A stretch of DNA of 64,000 nucleotides from Candidatus Bathyarchaeia archaeon (GTDB lineage: Archaea; Thermoproteota; CALKCG01; B24). This document shows, one piece after another, positions 50,388-60,097 of this stretch. Both the position numbers and the translations under genes were made by a program. Position 1 is the first letter of the stretch. Each line of letters opens with the position of its first letter. The notes under the pieces were generated by a model. That model was not told the DNA's origin, did no database searches, and saw nothing but the letters and a program-made list of their open reading frames with translations. Where the stretch lies: the NCBI GenBank assembly GCA_038870975.1, contig JAVZJD010000001.1:224001-288000 (forward strand), read 5' to 3'.

Positions 50388-50893
50388 TGACCATTGAGGT
50401 CGATGATGCTGGATGGGGAGACCTAGTAGGAGGATGTATAATAGTAGTTAGAAGGGTTGAAACTGGCGAATACTACGTAGGTGAAATACCTGTAGAATTG
50501 TTTCAGGAGCCTAAGTTTAAAACTAAACACTACCTGGATAAAGCATTAGAGATAGTTGAGAGTGGATTAAGGAGTCTTAAAGCTTCTATAAGCGAAGAAA
50601 TACGTATGTGTACAGGCTTCATACTTTCTAAAGCGAGGAAAAAACTCTCCCAACAAGGGTATAAAGTTACTCCAGTTAAGATAACCGGAGAAACCCAGAA
50701 GCTTGCTGAACAAATGTTTTTGAAAACGCTAGAGAAAATAGGGTTGATGCTTACGGAGGAGGAGCCTAGGAGGAGATTTCAGAGCCTTTTAAAATGGGTT
50801 AAAGATGAGCCAGAAATTAGAGAAAAATATGTTAAAACAGGATGGGGAAGTTGGAAGAGTAAATGGCGTGCTAGGGTATTTGGAGTAGTTTAA
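50387..50893 (+). CDS. Uncharacterised RNase H-fold-like protein
   Basis: N-terminal IEVDDAGWGDLVGG resembles RNase HII motif I (VDEAGRG); TAATG coupling to the upstream gene. Confidence 0.55.
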   Translation: MTIEVDDAGWGDLVGGCIIVVRRVETGEYYVGEIPVELFQEPKFKTKHYLDKALEIVESGLRSLKASISEEIRMCTGFILSKARKKLSQQGYKVTPVKITGETQKLAEQMFLKTLEKIGLMLTEEEPRRRFQSLLKWVKDEPEIREKYVKTGWGSWKSKWRARVFGVV

Positions 50894-50901
50894 ACAGGTC
50901 T

Positions 50902-51993
50902 TTATGCGAGGTTTAAAAGCCCTATTGACCTAGCGTATTCTAAAGCCTCAACATACTCTGCATGCGTAAGTCTCCTACGAAGCTCTGGAACTTCAAAAGC
51001 CCTCCAATGCGGTCTATATTGATCCATTATGTTAACCCTAACCCATCCGCCTAGATTATCTCTAATCCATTTAAGGATGGGTTTTCCACAACATTCTATA
51101 TGGTTTGGGAGCAGGAGAACTCTTATTATGAGCTCACCGCTTTCTAAGGCTATTAAATGGTTCCTACTGCAGACTTGCACATAGTTTGGAGCATTAGATA
51201 TTTTAATGGCACATTCATCCCGTCCATACTTGTAATCTAATAGGTACACGTCTATGAATCCTTTTAATAGTTTAGCTGTCTCAACACTATAGTAGCTGTT
51301 ACTATTCCAGACTGTGGGAACATTCACTTTAACGTATTTAAATGCCTCAAGCCAGGCATGTAGCCAAGGAGTGGGAGAGCCACCGACCATGTTACAGTTC
51401 CGACAGCCTTCACGTCTAAGTTTAGTAACTATCTCTGCAAGCTCTTCAGGTATTATAGGTTCACCAGGCTCTATTTGCTGAGAAATAGTCCAATTCTGAC
51501 AATGTAAACAGGTAAGATTACATCCCAGTGAGAATACGGTTCCACTTGGAACAAGTTCGGGTTCTTCACCTAAATGATGGAAAGCTGAAGACAGAAGGAA
51601 GGTATATCCGCATCTACAGTAGCCGAGTTTACCTTCTAAACGGTTAACTCTACATTTCCGCTCACAGAATACGCAGGACTTTAAAAGCCTCTTGGCTATT
51701 TCAACTTTAAGATCTAGATAACTCCTTTTAGGCTCTCCAAGATCCTCAAGAGAGACCTTTCCACTATCTACCATAGATTCCGCACGGTAATATTCAACAG
51801 TTAATTTATCATGTAGAGCCCAAAGTTCATCTAATGAGTAGTTTTCGTCAAAAACTGCTTCTATCCTCTTAGCTATTAAGAATTTAGCTGGAAGTTTATC
51901 TCTGAAAACCTTAAAATATCTACTTAGCGAACGAAGAACCTTATCATCCTTAAAAACTGTTAAAGCATCTGGCCTTACGAGATACCAGTTCAT
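50902..51993 (-). CDS. Radical SAM protein, PflX-like
   Basis: CVFCERKC, GEEPELVPSGT, CNLTCLHCQN, NIMDQYRP. Confidence 0.9.
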   Translation of the reverse strand: MNWYLVRPDALTVFKDDKVLRSLSRYFKVFRDKLPAKFLIAKRIEAVFDENYSLDELWALHDKLTVEYYRAESMVDSGKVSLEDLGEPKRSYLDLKVEIAKRLLKSCVFCERKCRVNRLEGKLGYCRCGYTFLLSSAFHHLGEEPELVPSGTVFSLGCNLTCLHCQNWTISQQIEPGEPIIPEELAEIVTKLRREGCRNCNMVGGSPTPWLHAWLEAFKYVKVNVPTVWNSNSYYSVETAKLLKGFIDVYLLDYKYGRDECAIKISNAPNYVQVCSRNHLIALESGELIIRVLLLPNHIECCGKPILKWIRDNLGGWVRVNIMDQYRPHWRAFEVPELRRRLTHAEYVEALEYARSIGLLNLA

Positions 51994-52031
51994 ATTCTAA
52001 CAAATTTTATGAGACTCTAAAGAATAAATGT

Positions 52032-52811
52032 TTACTCGCTCTTCTTTTGACCACAATCTTCTTTAAATATTTCCTCAAGCTCTTTTCTGGTTTCCTCCTG
52101 AAGCTCTTTGATTTTATGAAGCCTTTCTTGCACCCTATTAAGCCAGTCTCTACTAGCTTCAATACCTTTATGCGCAAAATAGGCTAGAGCCTCATTTCTA
52201 CTTCTGAATATACCAGCATCTACTAGGAGCTTTATAAGCTTAGCATCGGATTCGGGGATCCTAATCGAAGAAACAACTTCAGTAGCTTTGGATAATATTT
52301 TCTCGGTTGATGAGAAGACTTCTTTTAAAGCATCTTCTAGAGCCTCACTTAAACCGTCGATTTTTACAGAGACTAGGGGGGTTGAAGAGGCCCCTGTGAC
52401 CAGAAGACTTTTAATACGGGATTCAAATTCTCTAAGGGATTTCTCCAAATCCCGGGATAGATGTAGGTATTTCTCAAGGTCCTTAGTTGCTTCAATCAGT
52501 ATGCTTCTAATTTCATCAGCTACCTCACCATACCCTTTGGGAAGGTCGAGAGCAAGTTCTCTAAGATTTCTCCTAAAACCGTAGATAGTATCTCTGAAAT
52601 TTGTGTAGAGGTTTTGAAGCTCGTGTTTAAAGTCTATTCTCAATCTTTTAACATCTAAGTAGAGGGCTATGAGCTTATCTTTAGAGGATAGGTCTGCTTT
52701 TTTAAGATCCTCCAGAGACTTTTCATACTTCTTAAGGACATTTTCATAACTTTCTCTCATATGTTCTCTAAATTCTTCGATTTTCTTTTTAAACTCGCCT
52801 AAACTATTCAT
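52032..52811 (-). CDS. Coiled-coil protein with a ribbon-helix-helix-like domain near the C-terminus
   Basis: Long amphipathic helices, then VVSSIRIP...LVDAGIFRSRNEAL. Confidence 0.7.
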   Translation of the reverse strand: MNSLGEFKKKIEEFREHMRESYENVLKKYEKSLEDLKKADLSSKDKLIALYLDVKRLRIDFKHELQNLYTNFRDTIYGFRRNLRELALDLPKGYGEVADEIRSILIEATKDLEKYLHLSRDLEKSLREFESRIKSLLVTGASSTPLVSVKIDGLSEALEDALKEVFSSTEKILSKATEVVSSIRIPESDAKLIKLLVDAGIFRSRNEALAYFAHKGIEASRDWLNRVQERLHKIKELQEETRKELEEIFKEDCGQKKSE

Positions 52812-52841
52812 ACAAAAATACAAAAATACAGGAATACATAT
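52810..52841. repeat. Four ATACA direct repeats at 8-bp period (putative operator)
   Basis: ATACAAAA ATACAAAA ATACAGGA ATACATAT between the TATA box and the start codon. Confidence 0.6.
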
Positions 52842-52852
52842 AAACTTTGCTG

Positions 52853-53923
52853 TTAAGGTTTTATCACAACTTTTAAAGCACCATACTCTTCTTTATTCAA
52901 AGCTATATGGAAAGCTTCTTCAATTTCAGTAAGCGGCAATACATGCGTTATGATCGGTTTAACCCTAACCTTACCAGTTTTAAGCAGATTTACAGCTAGA
53001 TAGTATTCAGGGTACAGATTGTTGGAGGAAACGGTTAAAACCCGTTCGCCAGCTAAAAGCCTTAGATCTAATTGAACATTTTCAGTAGATACGGCTAGTA
53101 AAACCTGCACTCCTCCCCTAGCGAGCATTCTCAAACCTTGTAGGATAGTTTCAGGTGAACCAACCGTGTTGATTACCGCTTCAACTCCAAATCCACCAGT
53201 TTTAGAAAGCACATAGTCGACTGGATCTACTTTAGAAGAATTCACAGTATAATCAGCACCAAGGTTCTCTGCGACGTGTAAAGGAGTATCCCATACATCT
53301 ATGCAGAAAGCTTCATGAGCCCCGAAGGCCTTAGCAGTCTGAAAAGCCATGAGTCCTATGGGGCCAGAGCCTATGACCGTTATCCTATAGCCTGGTTTAA
53401 CTCCAGCCCTATAAGAGGCATGAACTGCGACAGCTAAACCATCCAATTGAGATGCTTCCTCTGGATCCACAGGCCAATCTAATCTAACTGCTTTATCTTC
53501 CCAAACTGTGCAGTATTCAGCCATGCCTCCTGGTGAAGGGCTAAAATTCCAAGCCTCATCGTGACCTATATGTAAGACATCTGCACAGATGTTGTGCCTT
53601 CCCTCGCTACAGAATCTACATTTACCACACGCCTTATAGGCGATTACACCTACTTTCTCACCAACTCTATGTTTGAATTGCTTATCACCTACATCTATAA
53701 TAGTTCCTGAAATTTCATGCCCTAGTATCATGTCAGGTGGATTCGCCTTATCGATACCCAGCGTATGTAATGCCCAGGGATTTCTACCTTGAAAATAGTG
53801 AATATCGCTTCCACATATGCCACATGCATCAACTTTTATAAGAACCTCATCAGACTTAGGTTCAGGCTTTGGAACATCCATAAGCTCGATTTTAAATGGT
53901 CTTCTCAAAACAGCGGCTAGCAA
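52853..53923 (-). CDS. Zn-dependent MDR dehydrogenase (polyol/sugar type)
   Basis: CGICGSD, GHE, CGKCRFC...C, GSGPIG. Confidence 0.92.
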   Translation of the reverse strand: MLAAVLRRPFKIELMDVPKPEPKSDEVLIKVDACGICGSDIHYFQGRNPWALHTLGIDKANPPDMILGHEISGTIIDVGDKQFKHRVGEKVGVIAYKACGKCRFCSEGRHNICADVLHIGHDEAWNFSPSPGGMAEYCTVWEDKAVRLDWPVDPEEASQLDGLAVAVHASYRAGVKPGYRITVIGSGPIGLMAFQTAKAFGAHEAFCIDVWDTPLHVAENLGADYTVNSSKVDPVDYVLSKTGGFGVEAVINTVGSPETILQGLRMLARGGVQVLLAVSTENVQLDLRLLAGERVLTVSSNNLYPEYYLAVNLLKTGKVRVKPIITHVLPLTEIEEAFHIALNKEEYGALKVVIKP

Positions 53924-54189
53924 ACTATACACCTATACAGAGGTATAGTTGATTCCTAGGATTTAATCCTTTCATCAGGGTACCAACCTGAATAATACTC
54001 ATAGAAGACGGAGATACCACCGTTGAATAAACTGAGGCATGTGCTCTCAGATTTCTACTATCAAGTTCTCTAGCTTTAATACAGTAGTATCATTGGCAGA
54101 AGACTACTGGCCAACCTTCAGACGTAGCTACTCCGTGAAATATAACCTTTAAATTAGGTCAAAATTTGGAAAAAGCTATTTTATTTTTC

Positions 54190-55371
54190 TTATATGAAGT
54201 TTAATCCGTAGTTAAAAGACGGTATTGGGAAGACTCTTTTAAACACATCGGGTATTCTAGTATGGTCAAATTCAATGATATCTGAGCTATGGACGGTCTC
54301 AGGTCTACCAAAGACGAGAAGTGTAAATGCTTTGGGATCTTCAAATCTTACAGATTCTCCAGACATGTAAACTTTAAAGCCGCCATCACTACAACTAGCG
54401 ACCTTAAAATTGGCTTTAACGCCGAGCTTCTCCTCAATGTAGGGGCGAATCTTCTCCGCGAAAACAGCTGGATTTAGTATGGCTAAACTTGCGGGAGCAC
54501 TGGAAGTTTTAGGTTTTAAGCCAGATTCTTCTAAAAGGGCTATAAGTTCCCAGTCTCCATATGGAACAGGTAGCTTAACATGTTCAACTTTAAGAGTCTT
54601 AGATACTTCACAGATTGTTTTAAGAACGGCAATTCTAGACCCTGCATACTCAACAACAGTTAAATCGTCCCAAACTCCTTTAACAAATGCTACATAGGAA
54701 GACGGCTTACCCATTCTATGCGATACAAATATGTTTAACGCTCCAACTTCAGCCAAGAAGGCTCTATCTGTAAGCAACTTAAACTCCTCAAGACTTCTCT
54801 TAAACCTAATAGGTTCCCTCTGATATAGCTCAATTAAACTCAAAATTTTATCCTCAGTATAAGATTCAATCTTTAACTCGTCTGAATACATTGCCAAATG
54901 TTCAAGAGTATCAAGTGGAACATGATAATCGTAGATTATACCAGCTTCTACACAACCAGCTCTACTGTAAAGTGATCTAGCACCTGAGACCATAACGAGG
55001 TCTACATGGTCATTAGACAATTTCGCAAAGGCATCTTGAACCAAGGTTGAGGCATAACCTTTCATCCTGTAGTCTGGATGGGTGCATACACATCCGATGA
55101 GCCCTACTTTGAGTTGAGTACTGTAAAAGTAAAGATAACCCTCCCAAATACCTAAGTGGGAGATGACTTTTCCATTAGATACAATGACCCTTAAATTTTC
55201 AATGTTTTCTTCGCAGAAGACGTGAGGGAAAACCTTGTCTAAATAAACACCGTGCTTCTCAAAACCGAAAATCCAACTTGTAAGTTTAACTATTTGCGGA
55301 AGTTCTTCTGTTTTAGCAGCCCTAGGACCTTCAATCATAGTCTGTACCCTGGAACTCAAAAATACTTCCAC
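54190..55371 (-). CDS. Eis-like tandem GNAT acetyltransferase
   Basis: VCTHPDYRMKGYAS motif A, LYSRAG, about 390 aa. Confidence 0.82.
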   Translation of the reverse strand: MEVFLSSRVQTMIEGPRAAKTEELPQIVKLTSWIFGFEKHGVYLDKVFPHVFCEENIENLRVIVSNGKVISHLGIWEGYLYFYSTQLKVGLIGCVCTHPDYRMKGYASTLVQDAFAKLSNDHVDLVMVSGARSLYSRAGCVEAGIIYDYHVPLDTLEHLAMYSDELKIESYTEDKILSLIELYQREPIRFKRSLEEFKLLTDRAFLAEVGALNIFVSHRMGKPSSYVAFVKGVWDDLTVVEYAGSRIAVLKTICEVSKTLKVEHVKLPVPYGDWELIALLEESGLKPKTSSAPASLAILNPAVFAEKIRPYIEEKLGVKANFKVASCSDGGFKVYMSGESVRFEDPKAFTLLVFGRPETVHSSDIIEFDHTRIPDVFKRVFPIPSFNYGLNFI

Positions 55372-55574
55372 TTGTAATATTTAAATTTTCAAAGTCTCAG
55401 CAGATCGACTTGTTGACGCTATCGGAAGTCGTTGAACAGCTTTTAAATCCTTTAAGAACGGGAAAATGAGCCGTCACCCGTTTCAAAAGCTATGTAGATT
55501 CTGAATCCGATGTGATTAGATTTTGAAGTAGACTTACATGACTTTAACTATAAAGTCGTTGAGTTGTCTCTCAT

Positions 55575-56108
55575 TCAACCTAAACCTTTCACATGTAGAA
55601 CCATATGAGCCGCCTCTGGGATTATAAGTCGTTCGAGGGCTAGTTTAACGGCTCTAGGTGAACCTGGTATGACGAATACTACTTTACCTTTATAGACGCC
55701 CGCTGTAGCCCTCGTCAATATGGCTATGGAGCCCTCTTCCTGGAACGTTAACACGCGGAAGAGTTCTCCAAATCCAGGGATTTCTTTTTCAAACATAGGG
55801 CTAACTGCCTCAATAGTCACATCTTTTGGTGATAAACCTGTACCTCCTGATAAGACTACAATGTCTACATCTGATTTAGAGCATAATTCTTCAATTGTCT
55901 GCTTAATCATAGTAGAGTTGTCTGATATCAGGGTTCTATAGGATAGGGAAAAACCAGCCGATTTGATTATTTGCTCAGCTAAGTCTCCAGATTCATCTCT
56001 AAAAGGCTTACCTTGTTTAAAAGATTCAAACCTAGAACTACTACAAGTAATTAGAGCAAATCTGAGGGTTTTAGGAGCCTTAAGTTTATGCTCTTCCGAG
56101 CCCATCAA
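55575..56108 (-). CDS. moaB: Molybdopterin adenylyltransferase MoaB/MogA
   Basis: DESG, GGTG.SPKDVT.EA, PGFGELFR, PGSP. Confidence 0.92.
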   Translation of the reverse strand: MMGSEEHKLKAPKTLRFALITCSSSRFESFKQGKPFRDESGDLAEQIIKSAGFSLSYRTLISDNSTMIKQTIEELCSKSDVDIVVLSGGTGLSPKDVTIEAVSPMFEKEIPGFGELFRVLTFQEEGSIAILTRATAGVYKGKVVFVIPGSPRAVKLALERLIIPEAAHMVLHVKGLG

Positions 56109-56251
56109 ACTGCACTCAGAGGAAAGTATGTCGTATATTTATAAAAATTCTACTAGCCGTAGACCATTCAATAGCTTGATAGCTACATCGTCATATATGG
56201 TCCATTAAAAGTTAAATGAAAGTCGGAGATAAGAATGGATATAGATTACGT

Positions 56252-56782
56252 ATGACAGCTGAAGGATGGATTATGTGGATTACTGGCCTACCATCAAGTG
56301 GGAAGTCCACAATAGCTAATGGTGTTGCCCAGAAGCTTAGAGAAATGGGTCTGAAAATTGAAATCTTAGAATCAGATGAGCTTAGAAAGGTTTTAACACC
56401 TAAGCCGACCTATAGTGAGGAAGAGAGAGATTGGTTTTATAGCGTTATAGTTTACATAGCTAAACTGCTCGCCAGGAATGGTATTGACGTAATCATAGAT
56501 GCTACTGGCAATAAGAGAGTCTATAGAGATAATGCTAGAAGACACCTATCAAAGTTTATAGAGGTTTACGTTAAATGTCCTTTAGACGTCTGCATGAAGA
56601 GAGACGTTAAAGGACTCTATAAAAGAGCTCTAGAAGGTATGATTGAAACTTTACCAGGAGTTCAAACGCTCTACGAGGAGCCTTTAAAACCTGAAGTAAC
56701 AGTTGAAACAGATAAACTCACCATAAATGAATCCGTTGAACTCGTATTAAATAAGCTTAAGGAAATAGGCTATATAAGTTAA
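56252..56782 (+). CDS. cysC: Adenylyl-sulfate kinase family protein
   Basis: WITGLPSSGKST, EVYVKCPL..C..RD.KGLY, YEEP. Confidence 0.85.
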   Translation: MTAEGWIMWITGLPSSGKSTIANGVAQKLREMGLKIEILESDELRKVLTPKPTYSEEERDWFYSVIVYIAKLLARNGIDVIIDATGNKRVYRDNARRHLSKFIEVYVKCPLDVCMKRDVKGLYKRALEGMIETLPGVQTLYEEPLKPEVTVETDKLTINESVELVLNKLKEIGYIS

Positions 56783-57383
56783 GTTAGCTGGTACACTTTA
56801 TTTTAGAATTTGAAATCAATCTCATGAGAAACTAAACGTCTTGTGTAGGACTCTACAGACCCATCTCTCGAATACCTGTATCAATAGTGGTTTTAATATT
56901 CTTGAAGCAACTCAACCTTTCAACCCTCAGTCCATTGTCTTAAAGGTTTATTCGGCCAGATGACTAGGCAAATCCTTAGATAGCTGGGAGTAAAATCTTA
57001 TGAGCCATTATCAAGAATGGGGGGGTTTTTGTCTCAGTTAAAATATCGTTAAATTCTTCAGTTGCGAATTTTGAAGTCTATCGATGTAAAAATTGAATGA
57101 ACCTTCTTTTCTTTCAGCTCAGCGGATTTTAAGAGAACAGTCACCCCAATCTTCGTTAATGATGGAGAATCTATCCGATGGATGTTCTCCCTAGGACTTT
57201 AAAAATAGTAACTACCACAACGTAGAGTCTTATTATTCTACTACACGTAACAATTTTTGTATTGCCTGAGTAGTTCAGTAGATAGATATAGTGACACTTC
57301 GTTGAATCCGTACTGAATACCGCAGTCGCCGAATTCGCAATCGACTATTCTTAAGTTAGAGAATCAAAAGAGTGAAGTAGAGG

Positions 57384-58352
57384 ATGTATTCGGAGGAATT
57401 GAGAAAAGGAGAAATAGGAGAATTATCCAAGCATAAAATTGTGAGAGATCCTAACGGGAGAGCCCTCCTAGTTGTCCTTCTCATTATAAGTCTTGCTTTA
57501 AACGTCTATTTAATGATAACAATTGTAAACTTCAAATCTTACATCGTAAGACTTGAAAAAGAGCTTAACAATCTTGCCGCTCAAAACGAAAACCTCTCTA
57601 GGGAGGTTCAAAACCTTAGAAACGTTTTAGATATCACTAGGAGGCAACTTGAGTACTATAAAAATCAAACCTACTATCAAGGGTTTATCTCAACTGGAGG
57701 CTTAATCGGAGAGACTGATGTCAATATTGTTGCCGTTAAAATCGCTCGCGGAGACTTATTTACAACATACTATGAAGGCGTAACACTTAAAGCTGAAGTT
57801 GAACTTAGAGATGGAAAAGGGAGAATATTAGTAAACACAGAGCCTAGAATAGGTATAGACCTTCAGACAAGTGCTCGAATAGCGGTGTCAGTAGCTGAAG
57901 CATACACCGGGTTAAACCTAACGACGGTAGATGTCATCATTACGATTAAAGGTGAGGAGGAGGTGGAAGTCGTAGATGGTCCAAGCGCAGGATTGCCCAT
58001 AACAGTAGCCATCATATCAGCCCTCAGACATGAAAACATCTCGAATGAAGTTTACGCCACTGGGACCATAAATCCTGATGGTTCTATAGGAGCCGTAGGA
58101 GGAATAGCTGAAAAAGCTTTAGCGGCTGCCGAGAAGGGGGCCAGATTCTTCCTAGTACCTAAGGGGCAGAGTAAAATAGTCATTTACGAGAGAAGGGAGG
58201 AGGAAATCCTACCCGGTTTTAAGATAATCCGCTACGTACCTAAAGAAGTATCGTTAAAAGACTACCTTAAAAATCATGGATTTGACGTCGAGGTCTTCGA
58301 AGTATCAAACATAGTGGAGGCATATAGTCTTTACACAATAAAACGCTATTAA
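57384..58352 (+). CDS. Membrane-anchored Lon-like (S16) Ser-Lys protease lacking an ATPase domain
   Basis: N-terminal TM plus coiled coil, DGPSAG, TGTI.PDG.IG.VGGI.EK. Confidence 0.88.
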   Translation: MYSEELRKGEIGELSKHKIVRDPNGRALLVVLLIISLALNVYLMITIVNFKSYIVRLEKELNNLAAQNENLSREVQNLRNVLDITRRQLEYYKNQTYYQGFISTGGLIGETDVNIVAVKIARGDLFTTYYEGVTLKAEVELRDGKGRILVNTEPRIGIDLQTSARIAVSVAEAYTGLNLTTVDVIITIKGEEEVEVVDGPSAGLPITVAIISALRHENISNEVYATGTINPDGSIGAVGGIAEKALAAAEKGARFFLVPKGQSKIVIYERREEEILPGFKIIRYVPKEVSLKDYLKNHGFDVEVFEVSNIVEAYSLYTIKRY

Positions 58353-58500
58353 GTTGGCACTATATGGTTTACTTGAAAACTTCGCAGATTTTCTTTTACT
58401 TTAAATATGTATGGAGAAGGTTTAAAGTAAATAGATTGCGAGCATAATGCGTAATGCTTCCCTTTAAGCTGGCAATTTAATGGTGTGTAGATTCAGTTTT

Positions 58501-60027
58501 TCAATCAGATAGCTCAGCCAATATTTTGAAACATTCCTTATAGTGTTCGTATATCTTCTGGTAGACTTTAAGTAATTTAGTGTACTTATCATGAACTTTT
58601 AAGTTGGGATTGTAAGTCTTAGATATTCTAACCATTTGATTTACAGCTGTTTTAAAGTCTACATGTGCTTTTACACCCACGCTGGCAAGTATGCATGATC
58701 CTAAAGCTGCAGCATCGAGTACTTCAGAAATTTGGATACTCATACCTAGGACGTCTGCCTTTATCTGATTCCATAAGTTGCTTTTAGCCTCACCGCCAGT
58801 CATAGTGATTCGCTTAACATCTACTCCAAGCTCTCTGACCAGCTGTAGGGTTTCAGAATATTGGAAAGCAACACCTTCGAGTATTGCCCTTATGAACTCG
58901 GATTTCCTATGAGCGTGTGTAAATCCTATGAATGCTGATCTAGCTAGAGGGTTGAATTTAGGAGCTCTAGCACCCCATAAATATGGATAGTAGAAGAGTC
59001 CTCCTGCCCCAAGAGGTACATTAGCCGCAATTTTATCGAAAAGTACGTAAGGAGATAGCCCTTCTTCCTTAGCCTTATGTACCTCCTCATAGCCGAAGTT
59101 ATCTCTAAACCATCTTAAGGATTCACCTGTTGCATTTATTATTATTTCATACTCCCATGTATCTGGTACGACGTGACAACAACAGTCAATCAAACCTTTA
59201 GAATCTGGCTTAGGTCTTGAGAGGGGCACTTCAAAAACTGTCCCAGTACCAGTACCTATGTTTACACTACCTTCTATATACACGCCTGCACCCAATGCTT
59301 CACAGGGACGGTCACCACCACCTGAAACAACTGGGACTCCAACTGGTAAACCAGTCTGCTCGGAGGCATTACTACTAACTTCACCTACAACCTCCCAAGA
59401 CCCCTTGACATCTGGAAGTATATCCATGGGTATTTCTAAGGATTCGCATATTTCGTCAGACCATTGAAGCTTATTTATGTCAAATAACATCGTCCGCGAC
59501 GCCATACTTCGGTCGGTGGTTTTTACTCCACATAGTTTAAAGATCACGTAGTCTTTGGCGAATAGGATAGAGTCTATTTTTTGGAATACATTTGGTAGAT
59601 TGTCCTTTATCCATAGAATTTTCGCGGCTGAGAAAATGTAGTCAATGGGAACCCCAGTTATTTTAAGGACCTTTTCCGGAGGGATCAGTTTTTCAATTTT
59701 ATCTTTTTGCGGAGTCGCCCTCATATCTAACCATATTATGCTATTGTAGAGTTTTTCTCCAGCTTTATCTATTGGGACAAACGCTTCTCTCTGAGATGTT
59801 AAACCGATACCTACTATCCTCTCAGATGGTATTTTAGAAGTAATCTGCTTTAAAGTGGATTGAGCGGCTTTCCACCATTCCTCAGGGTCCTGTTCGGCCC
59901 AGTTCATTTGGGGATGGTAGACTTGGTACTCTTTAAACGCTTCTGTAACAATATGTCCATTAATATCGAAGGCTACGACTTTACAGCCACCTGTACCGAT
60001 ATCTATTCCGATTAGAATTTCACTCAT
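58501..60027 (-). CDS. FGGY carbohydrate kinase (xylulokinase-like)
   Basis: GIDIGTGGCK, EQDPEEWW, IIWLDMR, D.SMASRT, GGGD, EGVA, GGEAKS..W. Confidence 0.92.
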   Translation of the reverse strand: MSEILIGIDIGTGGCKVVAFDINGHIVTEAFKEYQVYHPQMNWAEQDPEEWWKAAQSTLKQITSKIPSERIVGIGLTSQREAFVPIDKAGEKLYNSIIWLDMRATPQKDKIEKLIPPEKVLKITGVPIDYIFSAAKILWIKDNLPNVFQKIDSILFAKDYVIFKLCGVKTTDRSMASRTMLFDINKLQWSDEICESLEIPMDILPDVKGSWEVVGEVSSNASEQTGLPVGVPVVSGGGDRPCEALGAGVYIEGSVNIGTGTGTVFEVPLSRPKPDSKGLIDCCCHVVPDTWEYEIIINATGESLRWFRDNFGYEEVHKAKEEGLSPYVLFDKIAANVPLGAGGLFYYPYLWGARAPKFNPLARSAFIGFTHAHRKSEFIRAILEGVAFQYSETLQLVRELGVDVKRITMTGGEAKSNLWNQIKADVLGMSIQISEVLDAAALGSCILASVGVKAHVDFKTAVNQMVRISKTYNPNLKVHDKYTKLLKVYQKIYEHYKECFKILAELSD

Positions 60028-60097
60028 ACTATTCTGAATATCGAACTATGAGAAGATAAGACTTCGCCTCTTAAAATATGATGAGAGAGATGCTATA

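Noticed and set aside
53950-53980. Minus-strand CTGATGA followed by a hairpin, resembling a hammerhead ribozyme core or a C box
   Set aside because: No GAAA after stem II, no stems I/III, and no correctly spaced D box
56252-56782. P-loop kinase as a cryptic phosphoribulokinase for the nearby RuBisCO
   Set aside because: Motifs (RD.KGLY, YEEP) are those of APS kinase; opposite strand and separated from the cluster
60078-60084. ATGATGA in the FGGY-GH42 spacer
   Set aside because: No downstream D box layout; would run antisense into GH42
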